Assembly (NCBI GenBank): GCA_004212155.1 | Contig: RXIG01000024.1 | Span: 1-64,000 of the forward strand | Source: an archaeon | GTDB lineage: Archaea > Methanobacteriota_B > Thermococci > Methanofastidiosales > NM3 | Direction: 5' to 3' | Length of the DNA: 64,000 nt | In this document: in pieces, positions 9,825 to 18,643 of the stretch | Layout of the letters: each line of letters opens with the position of its first letter | Position numbering within the stretch: position 1 is the stretch's first letter | The notes under the pieces: generated by a model | Seen by the model: the letters and a program-made list of their open reading frames with translations, nothing else | Told to the model about the DNA's origin: nothing | Database searches by the model: none | Position numbers and translations under genes: made by a program

Positions 9825-10796
9825 ATGGAACAACGCAAGATACAGATCACGGGCGGTAACTCGTATATCGTGTCACTCCCTCGAGAATGGGTGCTTGCCA
9901 CGGGGCTTTCCAAGGGCGATTATGTCGGTGTCGAGACGAACGAGGACGGGTCCATTAGCGTCTACCCCAAGGCCAAGGAACGTAAGAAGCGCCGATTCGT
10001 CATCGAGCTGACAGACTCGCTAACACTAAACAACAGGCTGCTCATCTCCAAATATCTTGAGGGATACGACGTCATCGAGCTGGTCTCCAGCGAACGCATA
10101 CAAAAGGACGTTCGAAAGGAGATAATACACACGGTACAAAACCTCATCGGTATCGAGATCTTCGAGGAGACGTCAAACAAGTTCGTGCTCTCTACGCTCA
10201 TCGACTTCGGATCGATTCGCATTGAGAAGATCCTCAGGAGGATGATCATCCTCACATCATCGATCTTTTCCGAATCGCTACAGGCACTCGCAGAGGGTAA
10301 CGTGGAGTTCGCCCAGGAGATCATACCGCGGGAGGACGAGGTCGACAAGTTCTACTTCCACGGGATCCGCGAGCTGGCCGAGGCGTCGCGCACGCCCCAG
10401 ATCCTCAAGAGCATGGGTATCAACAGGAGCACCGACATCCTCTCCTACCTCACCATACTCAAATCGATAGAGCGCATATCCGACTACCTTATCGACATCC
10501 TCGGCCTCTTCATAGAAAGCGATCACAGGGTGCCGCAGGAGGTAAGCGCGTTCGGGGAGAAGTGCAACGTCATATTCAAGGACGTCACGGACAATCTCTT
10601 CACGAAGGACCTCAAGAAGGCAAACACGTTCCTCGACTCGTTAAAGGACGAAGAGGCCAACGTGCCCAACATCACGAAGCTCGAGGACACGTCGATGAAG
10701 GGCGTCACATCATACTCGAAGATGGTCGACTACTACCTCCGCATCACGAGGCACTGTGCGAACATGTCCGAACTTACCATCAATCTCGCCGTGTAG
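9825..10796 (+). CDS. AbrB-PhoU phosphate-uptake regulator, divergent from pstS
   Basis: EQRKIQITGGNSYIVSLPREW plus PhoU repeats (EDEVDK, ERISDY). Confidence 0.9.
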   Translation: MEQRKIQITGGNSYIVSLPREWVLATGLSKGDYVGVETNEDGSISVYPKAKERKKRRFVIELTDSLTLNNRLLISKYLEGYDVIELVSSERIQKDVRKEIIHTVQNLIGIEIFEETSNKFVLSTLIDFGSIRIEKILRRMIILTSSIFSESLQALAEGNVEFAQEIIPREDEVDKFYFHGIRELAEASRTPQILKSMGINRSTDILSYLTILKSIERISDYLIDILGLFIESDHRVPQEVSAFGEKCNVIFKDVTDNLFTKDLKKANTFLDSLKDEEANVPNITKLEDTSMKGVTSYSKMVDYYLRITRHCANMSELTINLAV

Positions 10797-11859
10797 GGGG
10801 CCCTTCGACGCGTATGGGGTGTCCGCAGTCGGGACAGTGGCCGTCATCGGTCACGCGGTACGAGATGATGTCATAGCTTGCGCAAAAGGGGCTGATCACC
10901 GTGTCATCGCCAACGGACCCCTCCCGCTCTATGAGCATCGCTCCGCACGAGGGGCAGACCGTGCTCTCGTACCGGGATCCGTAGAGGTCTGATATATATA
11001 CATATTCTATGCCCGCATCACGGGCCTTTCTGTGATATGATACCAGCATCTCAGATGGCGTCTCATCATCGGTACTCTTGTACGAGGGGAAGAACTTGCC
11101 GAGATGAAGTATCTGCGGGCCATCGAACTGCGAGATAAAGGACAGAAAGTCGCCATATCCCCTGTCGTCGTTTCGCACGAGGTATGAAAACTCCACGTGC
11201 CAGCCCGCCCCCATGACGTGCGATAGTGCCTCCTTGAGTCGAGCAAGCGAAGCGTTGCAGCTTCGGGCATAGAACTCCTCGTCAAACGTCTTGACGCCGA
11301 CGATGCATGCATCCATGTGTGGTGAGAGGTAGTCGACCGCCTCCTTGCTCAGATACCCGTTCGTGGCCATGGCGGTGAAAAATCCCTTCTTGTGTGCGAG
11401 ACGGGAGATGTCGTGCACGCTCTCTGCGGAGATCGCGGGCTCGTTGAACGTGAAGGCTATGCCGTCGGCCCTCTGCGTCCGCGCCTGGCGTATTATCTGC
11501 ATGGGGGCCACTCGCGTCAGCTCCACTGATGCAAACTCGATGCTCACCATGTAGTTCTGACAGAAGTCGCATGCGAAGTTGCATCCCACGCCGCCTATCG
11601 AATATACCAGGCTGCCTGGCCGATAGTGAAAGAGCGGCTTGCGCTCGATGGGGTCGGCCCGCGCATGGGAGACGTAGTCGAGCAAACCATAGAGTTCTCC
11701 GCCCCTGTTCATCCTCACGCCGCACACCCCATACTGACCCTGCTGCAGGAGACATGCGTGCATGCATGCGCTGCAACGAACGCACTCCCCCTCTGTGACA
11801 TAGAGCGTGCATCGCCTCCATACCGCTTCTGACGCGGTCACTCGTTCATCGCGGTACAT
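10780..11859 (-). CDS. AmmeMemoRadiSAM-type radical SAM enzyme
   Basis: CNFACDFC radical-SAM motif, DPIERKPLFHYRPG, N-terminal Cys cluster, C-terminal CPSCG/CPDCG. Confidence 0.87.
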   Translation of the reverse strand: MYRDERVTASEAVWRRCTLYVTEGECVRCSACMHACLLQQGQYGVCGVRMNRGGELYGLLDYVSHARADPIERKPLFHYRPGSLVYSIGGVGCNFACDFCQNYMVSIEFASVELTRVAPMQIIRQARTQRADGIAFTFNEPAISAESVHDISRLAHKKGFFTAMATNGYLSKEAVDYLSPHMDACIVGVKTFDEEFYARSCNASLARLKEALSHVMGAGWHVEFSYLVRNDDRGYGDFLSFISQFDGPQILHLGKFFPSYKSTDDETPSEMLVSYHRKARDAGIEYVYISDLYGSRYESTVCPSCGAMLIEREGSVGDDTVISPFCASYDIISYRVTDDGHCPDCGHPIRVEGPPTRRD

Positions 11860-12454
11860 TCATCCCACACGGCAACTGGACCATTTCTTCCTTGGACGCC
11901 GGCGTGAACTCCAGCGCGACAAGCAGGCCCATGAACCCGTCGAAGTCGGCGAGGTCATAGTACATGGCGCCCTCGAGCGTTCCCATCTGCCTGTTGAGAA
12001 GGTTCATCCGATTGGTACGTGCCATCATCGCAAAGCTCTTGTTGGCGCCAAGGATCTTTCCCTCATAGGTCGTGACGGCAAGCGCCTTGTGGCCCTCCAT
12101 CTCTACGAGTGCGTTGTACTCCCTGATCATCTGCGTGTCGTCAAGGCGTGTTGCGATGCCGATTGTTCCACCGTCAGGATGGGGGCGGATCACGATGTTG
12201 TTGAGAAACGCCCTGAGGTCGCTTCGCAGGTTGACCGTGGTGAACTCGACCTCGCTTCCCTCATCGACATCATCGAGGATGTTGTCGAGCATGAGCTTCC
12301 TGCGCTTATCGACATCCATGCGTTCGATCGAGTGAATGAACGTGTTGAGCGACCAGTCCATCACCTCTTCTGCCTCGAAGCCGAAAAGCTCTTCGGCCTC
12401 CAGCGACCAGTGGGTGACAAAGCCTACGTCATCGGTTCGAATAATAGCCTGCAT
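11846..12454 (-). CDS. Stand-alone tandem PAS-domain protein
   Basis: IIRTDDVGFVTHWSLEAEELFGFEAEEVM and VTTYEGKILGANKSFAMM PAS-like starts; no output domain. Confidence 0.7.
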   Translation of the reverse strand: MQAIIRTDDVGFVTHWSLEAEELFGFEAEEVMDWSLNTFIHSIERMDVDKRRKLMLDNILDDVDEGSEVEFTTVNLRSDLRAFLNNIVIRPHPDGGTIGIATRLDDTQMIREYNALVEMEGHKALAVTTYEGKILGANKSFAMMARTNRMNLLNRQMGTLEGAMYYDLADFDGFMGLLVALEFTPASKEEMVQLPCGMNVPR

Positions 12455-12686
12455 GCACACACTTACGCGCACCTGCTTAAAAAGTTTAATCGAAAAGGGA
12501 TACCAGCAGACACAATGCTGTGGGAGGTGGAAACAAATAGCCGATTGTGCCTGCTACCTCTCCCATTCGGTTTCCCTTTTTAAATTTTTCTGAAATAATG
12601 GGTGCGATACGATCATCGATTCTACCTTAGGAAATCGCACTTGCAAAACGCAAATCTTTATAATGCATCATGCACAGATAGCGTGG

Positions 12687-13127
12687 ATGAGCATCAAGTC
12701 ACGATTGCGTGGTGTGGAAAAGCAACAGGTCAAACGGGAGAAGAGAAAGGCCAAGGTCGAGGAACGTGAGGAACGCAGGGACTTCCCTCCGCTCGTGCTC
12801 ATGGGCATCCTCGCGGCCGGCAGCCTGATCGCCCTCATGCCCATACCGCTATGGTTCCTTTTTTTGATCTTCCCGCTTGTCACCCGCAACATGGCTACAT
12901 GGGACTTCTGGACATCGCTAAAGGTCGGAGCGATGATATCCATCGTGACGTTTATCACGAGACTCGTGTTCTATCTCAGCGAGATAGGCATCGTCGATTT
13001 GCTGATGTACTTTGGATACAGCCTTGCTATCATCACGCTGCTGCTCTATACCGGTTCGTTCCTCGTTGCATTGTTCCAGGGAAGGGGCGTAGAAAAGAAA
13101 TCGACCGGAAAGAAAAAGAAGAAGTGA
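12687..13127 (+). CDS. Hypothetical membrane protein
   Basis: Basic N- and C-termini with 3-4 hydrophobic segments. Confidence 0.7.
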   Translation: MSIKSRLRGVEKQQVKREKRKAKVEEREERRDFPPLVLMGILAAGSLIALMPIPLWFLFLIFPLVTRNMATWDFWTSLKVGAMISIVTFITRLVFYLSEIGIVDLLMYFGYSLAIITLLLYTGSFLVALFQGRGVEKKSTGKKKKK

Positions 13128-13739
13128 TCACTCGAGTTCGAACACGAGCTCGATGCCGCGCTCAAGCTCCTCGACGATGATGCCGTTTGCACGCGTTTGC
13201 GGATGTGACGGCACGGCCTTGCATCCCGCGGCACCCTCAACGGAGATGTCATACGTCCCGATATCCTTTGCGATCTGTTCTATCTCGAGCTTGTCCATGC
13301 ACAGGAGCGGGCGCACGACGTGGCGGGGGCTTGCCTTGGATATGAGGATCATGTTGTCAAGCGTCTGCGAGGCCACCTGGCCGAGGTTCTCGCCCGTGAC
13401 GATGACATCGGCGCCCTCATCATCTGCCACCTCGTTGGCGAGCTTCATCATGGCCCTCTTGCACAACACGCACACGTACGAGCGCGACTTCTCAGAGATC
13501 GATGTGATGATCTTTTGCAGGTTCGGGCCGTGCTTGAGCACGTAGAGCTTGATGGGGCGGCCATGCAGCTCTGCCAGGTGCATGATGTGGCGCTTGGTCA
13601 CCTCGAGGTTGATCGGTTCAGAGAATGGGGACGTGTCGTAGGTAAGTGCGATGACATCGTAGCCCTGCTCAAGGGCCAGATGGCACGCCACAGGGCTGTC
13701 GATGCCGTCCGAGATGAGTGCGATCGCCTTTTTCACCAC
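13128..13739 (-). CDS. ThiI-like PP-loop sulfurtransferase, catalytic domain only
   Basis: ALISDGIDSPVA PP-loop, CVLCKR, TGENLGQVASQTL, RPLL, C-terminal Cys; only 203 aa, no THUMP domain. Confidence 0.85.
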   Translation of the reverse strand: MVKKAIALISDGIDSPVACHLALEQGYDVIALTYDTSPFSEPINLEVTKRHIMHLAELHGRPIKLYVLKHGPNLQKIITSISEKSRSYVCVLCKRAMMKLANEVADDEGADVIVTGENLGQVASQTLDNMILISKASPRHVVRPLLCMDKLEIEQIAKDIGTYDISVEGAAGCKAVPSHPQTRANGIIVEELERGIELVFELE

Positions 13740-13744
13740 TCCAC

Positions 13745-14887
13745 CTACATATACTTGTCCTTAATCTCTAAAAAGCTTTCCACAATGTAGTCGACCTGCT
13801 CATCGGTAAAGCCAAACGTCGAGAACTTGAAGTGCTTGGTACGCCCCGGCTTGATACCGACGATGCCGCGCGACTTGAGCTCCTTTGCGAGGAAGTATCC
13901 GCGTTTCTTGTGGTGTGAGGCGATCTCGTCGTAGGCGGGCGTCTCGATGGCGATGATGTCGTGCTCCTTGGGCGACATGCCAAGGAGCGAGAAGCCACCA
14001 GCATCCAAAAGCCGCGAAACGACAGAACGGGCATGTGCGACCTCCCTTTCCCAGTGCTTGACGCGCTCTTTTACATGCGGAAACGACGAGATGAGTGCGA
14101 CGACCTCCGAGCCGCGCGTCGAGCAGCCGAGGATCTCGATCGGTTTGACGGGATACTCCTTCGAAAAGCGTATGATCCTATCACGATACTCCTCGTTCAC
14201 TGCAAGGAGACCGGCGTTCCCGCCGCCGATTGCCCACGATTTGTGGGCAGAGCATGCGATGAAGTCCACACCGAGCTCACGTCCCGATACCGGCATCCTG
14301 CCTGCAGAGTATGCGGCGTTGAGGAGAACGGGGACCCCGTGGTCGTGGCATACCGAAGCGATCGACTTCGCATCGACGACATTGCCGTAGTTGCCGTCCA
14401 CATGGGTCACGACGGCAAGCACCGGAGGGCGGCCATGCTCCTTCGTGCCCCGTTCGATAGCCTCATCGAACATGGCGGGCGTGATCTCAAATGTGGGATG
14501 CCCCGACGTTTCGGTACGTATTACCGGCACGCCGTTGCGTTCGGCGGCAACAAGCGTCGAATAGTGTGCATTGCCATCGGCTACCATCCAGTCGTCCCTG
14601 GATGCAAGAGAATGTATGACCGTCTCCTTTGCCTCGCGCGCGCCGTTGGTAAGGAGCGCATTGTCCATGCCGAGGAACGCAGAGACGTCCTCGATGAACT
14701 GCCTGATGGGCGGTTTGTCCGTTGTTCTTAGCGAACCCTTGCACGCATCACAGACGGCATAGCCATCGACCCACGAGAATATCGCCTTGCGGGTGTCGGC
14801 GGGCGTTCGACCCCCCGTCTGGAGGGGGTTGATGTTAAGATAGAGTTCCTCGACCATGCGTTCCCCGATGCCACAGACAAGGCTCAC
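13745..14887 (-). CDS. pscS: O-phosphoseryl-tRNA:Cys-tRNA synthase (SepCysS)
   Basis: INPLQTGG, DGYAVCDAC, GAREAK, AHYS, HVDGNYGN, CSAHKS (PLP Lys), LGCSTRG, GIKPGRTK. Confidence 0.95.
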   Translation of the reverse strand: MSLVCGIGERMVEELYLNINPLQTGGRTPADTRKAIFSWVDGYAVCDACKGSLRTTDKPPIRQFIEDVSAFLGMDNALLTNGAREAKETVIHSLASRDDWMVADGNAHYSTLVAAERNGVPVIRTETSGHPTFEITPAMFDEAIERGTKEHGRPPVLAVVTHVDGNYGNVVDAKSIASVCHDHGVPVLLNAAYSAGRMPVSGRELGVDFIACSAHKSWAIGGGNAGLLAVNEEYRDRIIRFSKEYPVKPIEILGCSTRGSEVVALISSFPHVKERVKHWEREVAHARSVVSRLLDAGGFSLLGMSPKEHDIIAIETPAYDEIASHHKKRGYFLAKELKSRGIVGIKPGRTKHFKFSTFGFTDEQVDYIVESFLEIKDKYM

Positions 14888-15063
14888 AGCATCTCCTCCT
14901 CAATCGTGTCAAGGGACGTGCGGACCTTTTCAAGAAGTGAGGTGAGCTCCTCCCTGTCACGTTCGGAAAGGGTATGGAAGGGACGAGTGCGCCGCCAAAT
15001 CTCCTGAATATCGATGAGCGCAAAAATCGCATTGTACGTGTTTTGCACAGAACGTTCGCTCAT
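14884..15063 (-). CDS. 59-aa helical protein, probable SepCysE-N-like (SepCysSn) partner of SepCysS
   Basis: Hand translation MSERSVQNTYNAIFALIDIQEIWRRTRPFHTLSERDREELTSLLEKVRTSLDTIEEEML; GGTGA RBS; stop overlaps the pscS GTG (GTGA); below the ORF-track cutoff. Confidence 0.75.
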   Translation of the reverse strand: MSERSVQNTYNAIFALIDIQEIWRRTRPFHTLSERDREELTSLLEKVRTSLDTIEEEML

Positions 15064-15240
15064 GGTATCACCTTGAAGTTAGCATGTATGGGGCACATAT
15101 AAAACTTTGGAGCAATATGCCATGACGCACATGATTTCTGATTATTCTGGAGGATCAAGTTGATATGATTATGTAATTTGATTGAGGTATAGGACAAAGG
15201 GAAGAAAGGAAAGCTTACAAAAGATTAACATATACAGAAG

Positions 15241-15311
15241 AGCCGGGGGGGAGATTTGAACTCCCGTGCGAGGATCTGCAGTCCACTGCCAAGCCGCTAG
15301 GCGACCCCGGC
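15241..15311 (-). tRNA. tRNA-Cys(GCA)
   Basis: Reverse complement GCCGGGG..CT-GCA-GA..GGGAG-TTCAAAT-CTCCC-CCCCGGC-T; U discriminator, G37, CCA not encoded. Confidence 0.95.
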
Positions 15312-15340
15312 ATGAAGGCATGTATCATAATTTGTGACTG

Positions 15341-15354
15341 CTTAAAAGCTTTTC
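15341..15354 (-). promoter_or_regulatory. BRE/TATA promoter of tRNA-Cys
   Basis: GAAAAGCTTTTAAG on the minus strand ~30 nt upstream of the tRNA. Confidence 0.6.
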
Positions 15355-15425
15355 GGATTTGTTCTGATGTCTGTTTTTTCCGTTGAAATGGAAAAATATT
15401 TTTCGTATGACGTCGATGAGTATTC

Positions 15426-15689
15426 ATGCGCGCACGAGAGATGCTCAACAAGCTCAAATGGCACCCGGATTACGAGGCGCGGCGCTACACGGTGGTCTAT
15501 CTTCACAGGGGTGCACCGAGAAACGAACGTGCCATCGCATTCGAGGACATCGATGAGCTGTGCACCTCAGACTTCCGAATCGTGCGCGAAGACGGCATCG
15601 AAAGCTATATACCCTACCACAGGGTGTTGCGCATCGAGGGGCCAGATGGCAAGGTGGTATGGAGGAAGCGACCTCCACCCACCACTTAG
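15426..15689 (+). CDS. DUF504 / MJ1316-like putative RNA-repair domain protein
   Basis: REMLNKLKW, YLHRGAP, IPYHRVLRI, VVWRK. Confidence 0.85.
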   Translation: MRAREMLNKLKWHPDYEARRYTVVYLHRGAPRNERAIAFEDIDELCTSDFRIVREDGIESYIPYHRVLRIEGPDGKVVWRKRPPPTT

Positions 15690-16363
15690 CCGGCAAAAAT
15701 GTGGGTCGAGATGAGCGAGCGTACGTCATCGATTCCCAGCGGTGGTCCGTGCCCCGGATGAAACGTCGTGCATCCGCGCACCGCAAGAGACCTGATGCTC
15801 TCGCGAAGCGCCCCCTCATCATTGGCGAAGGGGGGATAGGGCGAGAAGATGCGCATGTTAAAGAGCGTGTCGCCCACGATGCAGTCCCCTCCCTCGAGCA
15901 CCACGGTCATCGAACCGTCCGTGTGGCCGGGGGTGTGAAACAGTGCACCACGAACGCCATGCGACAGGAGGTCGTAGGGCGCGTTGACCACGATGGAGGG
16001 ATCGACCGGATCGAACCGGCCTCTGCTCTTCATGAGCGCATTGCCGATGCGGGAGAGGATACGTGTGATGAGCCTCGTTCCCCGCGGAAACGGCGCGAAT
16101 CCCTGCCTAAGGTAGTGCGCATCGTCGTGATGAACGACCACCTTGGCGCCGAAGCGTTGCGCAACGTGTGCCAGATTCCCCACATGGTCCTCGTGGGCGT
16201 GGGTCACGACGACGAGATCTATCCTGTTGAGGCCATCAAGCGCGCGCATGAGCGCATCGCGCGACGATGCAGGCCCGGTGTCGACGAGCATGACGGTCGA
16301 GCCAGACCTCACGAGATATGCGTTCGAACGGCCAACGTTGATGCGAAGGAGTTCATCGACCAT
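15686..16363 (-). CDS. Metallo-beta-lactamase fold hydrolase
   Basis: VDTG, THAHEDHVG, TPGHTDGS, GD, PGHG. Confidence 0.92.
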   Translation of the reverse strand: MVDELLRINVGRSNAYLVRSGSTVMLVDTGPASSRDALMRALDGLNRIDLVVVTHAHEDHVGNLAHVAQRFGAKVVVHHDDAHYLRQGFAPFPRGTRLITRILSRIGNALMKSRGRFDPVDPSIVVNAPYDLLSHGVRGALFHTPGHTDGSMTVVLEGGDCIVGDTLFNMRIFSPYPPFANDEGALRESIRSLAVRGCTTFHPGHGPPLGIDDVRSLISTHIFAG

Positions 16364-16418
16364 ACTTCTTATTGGCATATACATATATTTTAAATGTTCG
16401 AAGGAAGAAGGTTAAGAT

Positions 16419-18638
16419 ATGACGTCATTCTCCTTTTCCGGGATGCACGATGCGGACGACGCCATAAAAATACTCCTTGTTGACGACGACGAGGATCTGC
16501 TCACCATTGCGAAACACCTTCTCGAAAAAGACGAACCATGCCTGTCTATCGACGTGGCAAAGGATGGCGAGGCTGCCTATGCATTGTTCATGAAACACGG
16601 ATACGAGGCCGTCGTCTCCGACTACCAGATGCCTAAGATGGACGGGCTGGAACTATTGCGCCGCATCCGGGAGAATGACGCGGAGATGCCGTTCATACTG
16701 TTTACCGGCAAGGGGCGGGAGGAGGTGGCGATCGAGGCGCTCAATCACGGTGCGAATCGCTACATACAAAAGAAGGGCGATCCCTCCACCCAATATGCCC
16801 TGTTAAAGGACGCCATCGTCAAGGAAGTCCGCTCCAAGCGCGCCCACGAGGCACTGCGCGAAAGCGAGCACAAGTTCAGGACGTTTACGGAACTTGCCCC
16901 CGTTGCCATCATGATACACATGGACGAGCGATGGGTCTATGTCAATCCCGCCGCCAAGAGGCTTATCGGCCGCCCCGAGAATGACATAGTGGGTTCGAGC
17001 ATTTGGGATATCGTCCATCCCGATCACCGAAGACTCATCGAGCGCCGACGAGATGACTGGCTTTGTGGAAAACCGGAAAAGGATGAGGTCGAGCTGAAGA
17101 TCATATGTGGACAGGAGATAAAATGGGCTGGTATGAAGGTGCGGCCCATCACCTACGGAGATAAGAAGGCATTTCTTGTCGTTGCCATTGAAATCACGGA
17201 GCGTAAAAGGGCCGAAAAGGCGCTCAAGGAAAGCGAGAACAGATTCCAACGGCTGATCGATCAGGCACCCATGGGCATCGTTCGCGTCGACCTCAACGAA
17301 AACATCGTCGAGGCGAACAGAGCAATGAACGACCTGCTCGGATACGGCCCGGGTGAAATACAAAAGAAGAATCCGAGACGATTCGTCCATCCTGCGGACA
17401 TGGAGATCCACCGCAAGAACGTCAGATTCCTCCTCGAGGGCAAAGAGGACAACGTTACGTATGAACTGCGCATCGTCACCAGGAATGGAGACATCAAATG
17501 GGTCAGGGTCGTCAGCAACATCGTCGACGACGATGAGGGGCGCCCCCTCTTTCGCGTAAGCATGCTCGAGGACATCACGGCCCAAAAAGAGGCAGAAGAA
17601 CGCCTTCACACCTCGCAGGTCCGCCTCAACACGGCGATGGAGAAGGGTAACATCGCCTGGTGGGAGATGGAGCTTCCATCGGGACGCGTGAAGTTCGACG
17701 ATAAAAAGGCGCGCATGCTTGGCCATGCGCCAGAACGATTCAAGACCTATACCGACTTCATGGAGCTCGTCCATCCCGAAGATCACGAGCGCGTCATGGA
17801 GGACATGCGCAGCCACCTCGAGGGAAGGTCGGCGACATACGACAGCGAATACAGGATCCTAACCGCCCGTGGCGACTGGACCTGGTTCGAGGACCGCGGC
17901 GGCATCACCAGACGCGATGAAGGGGGCCGCCCAACGCTTGTCACCGGCATCGTCATCGACATTAGCGAGAGAAAGGAAGCCGAGGAGGAGGTCGATTTCC
18001 TGCTCACCCTGCTGCGTCACGACCTGAAGAACAAGACCCACATCATACAAAGCTACCTCGACCTCATCAACCTGACGTCGCTTGACGACGACACTGCACA
18101 ATATATCGAACGCGCAGCAAGTGTGAACAAGGTGGGCCAACAGCTCCTAGAAAAGGTCGGCAAACTCCGTGAGATCGAACAGGCGACAGAGCGGCGCCCC
18201 GTAAACATCGACCGCTTGCTCACGACCATCATCAAGCGCTACGAGGCACCTGCCAACGAGAGGGGCATAGAAATCGAACATCGTGGAAAGCCATCACGCG
18301 TCGAGGGCGGCGAGCTCCTCGAAGAGCTCTTTTCCAACCTCATCGAGAACGCCATCATCCACTCCAAAGGGTCGCTCATTCGCATCTCGATCGAGGAGCA
18401 AAACGGCGAGACGCGTGTAAGCATGGAGGACGACGGGCGAGGCATCGGTGAAAAGGATTTGGTGAACCTGTTCAACAAGGGATTCAAGGGAAGGGACTCC
18501 AAGGGGCTTGGAATCGGCACCTACCTCATCAAGAAGATCGCTGAGGCCTATGGCGGCAGGGTCCGTGCGCTCAAATCAGACCTCGGGGGAGCGCGTTTTG
18601 ATGTCTACCTGAGGTCAAGCGCCAGCGCGGCGCAGTGA
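16419..18638 (+). CDS. Hybrid sensor histidine kinase (REC-PAS-PAS-PAS-HisKA-HATPase)
   Basis: ILLVDDD/SDYQMP receiver, three HP(D/A/E)D PAS motifs, RHDLKN, NLIENA, DDGRGI, GLGIG. Confidence 0.93.
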   Translation: MTSFSFSGMHDADDAIKILLVDDDEDLLTIAKHLLEKDEPCLSIDVAKDGEAAYALFMKHGYEAVVSDYQMPKMDGLELLRRIRENDAEMPFILFTGKGREEVAIEALNHGANRYIQKKGDPSTQYALLKDAIVKEVRSKRAHEALRESEHKFRTFTELAPVAIMIHMDERWVYVNPAAKRLIGRPENDIVGSSIWDIVHPDHRRLIERRRDDWLCGKPEKDEVELKIICGQEIKWAGMKVRPITYGDKKAFLVVAIEITERKRAEKALKESENRFQRLIDQAPMGIVRVDLNENIVEANRAMNDLLGYGPGEIQKKNPRRFVHPADMEIHRKNVRFLLEGKEDNVTYELRIVTRNGDIKWVRVVSNIVDDDEGRPLFRVSMLEDITAQKEAEERLHTSQVRLNTAMEKGNIAWWEMELPSGRVKFDDKKARMLGHAPERFKTYTDFMELVHPEDHERVMEDMRSHLEGRSATYDSEYRILTARGDWTWFEDRGGITRRDEGGRPTLVTGIVIDISERKEAEEEVDFLLTLLRHDLKNKTHIIQSYLDLINLTSLDDDTAQYIERAASVNKVGQQLLEKVGKLREIEQATERRPVNIDRLLTTIIKRYEAPANERGIEIEHRGKPSRVEGGELLEELFSNLIENAIIHSKGSLIRISIEEQNGETRVSMEDDGRGIGEKDLVNLFNKGFKGRDSKGLGIGTYLIKKIAEAYGGRVRALKSDLGGARFDVYLRSSASAAQ

Positions 18639-18643
18639 ACCCC

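Noticed and set aside
16803-17816. Long antisense or alternate-frame ORFs (e.g. 16803-17816, 23602-24606, 48775-49794, 61445-62485)
   Set aside because: Shadow ORFs of GC-rich genes with no recognisable motifs
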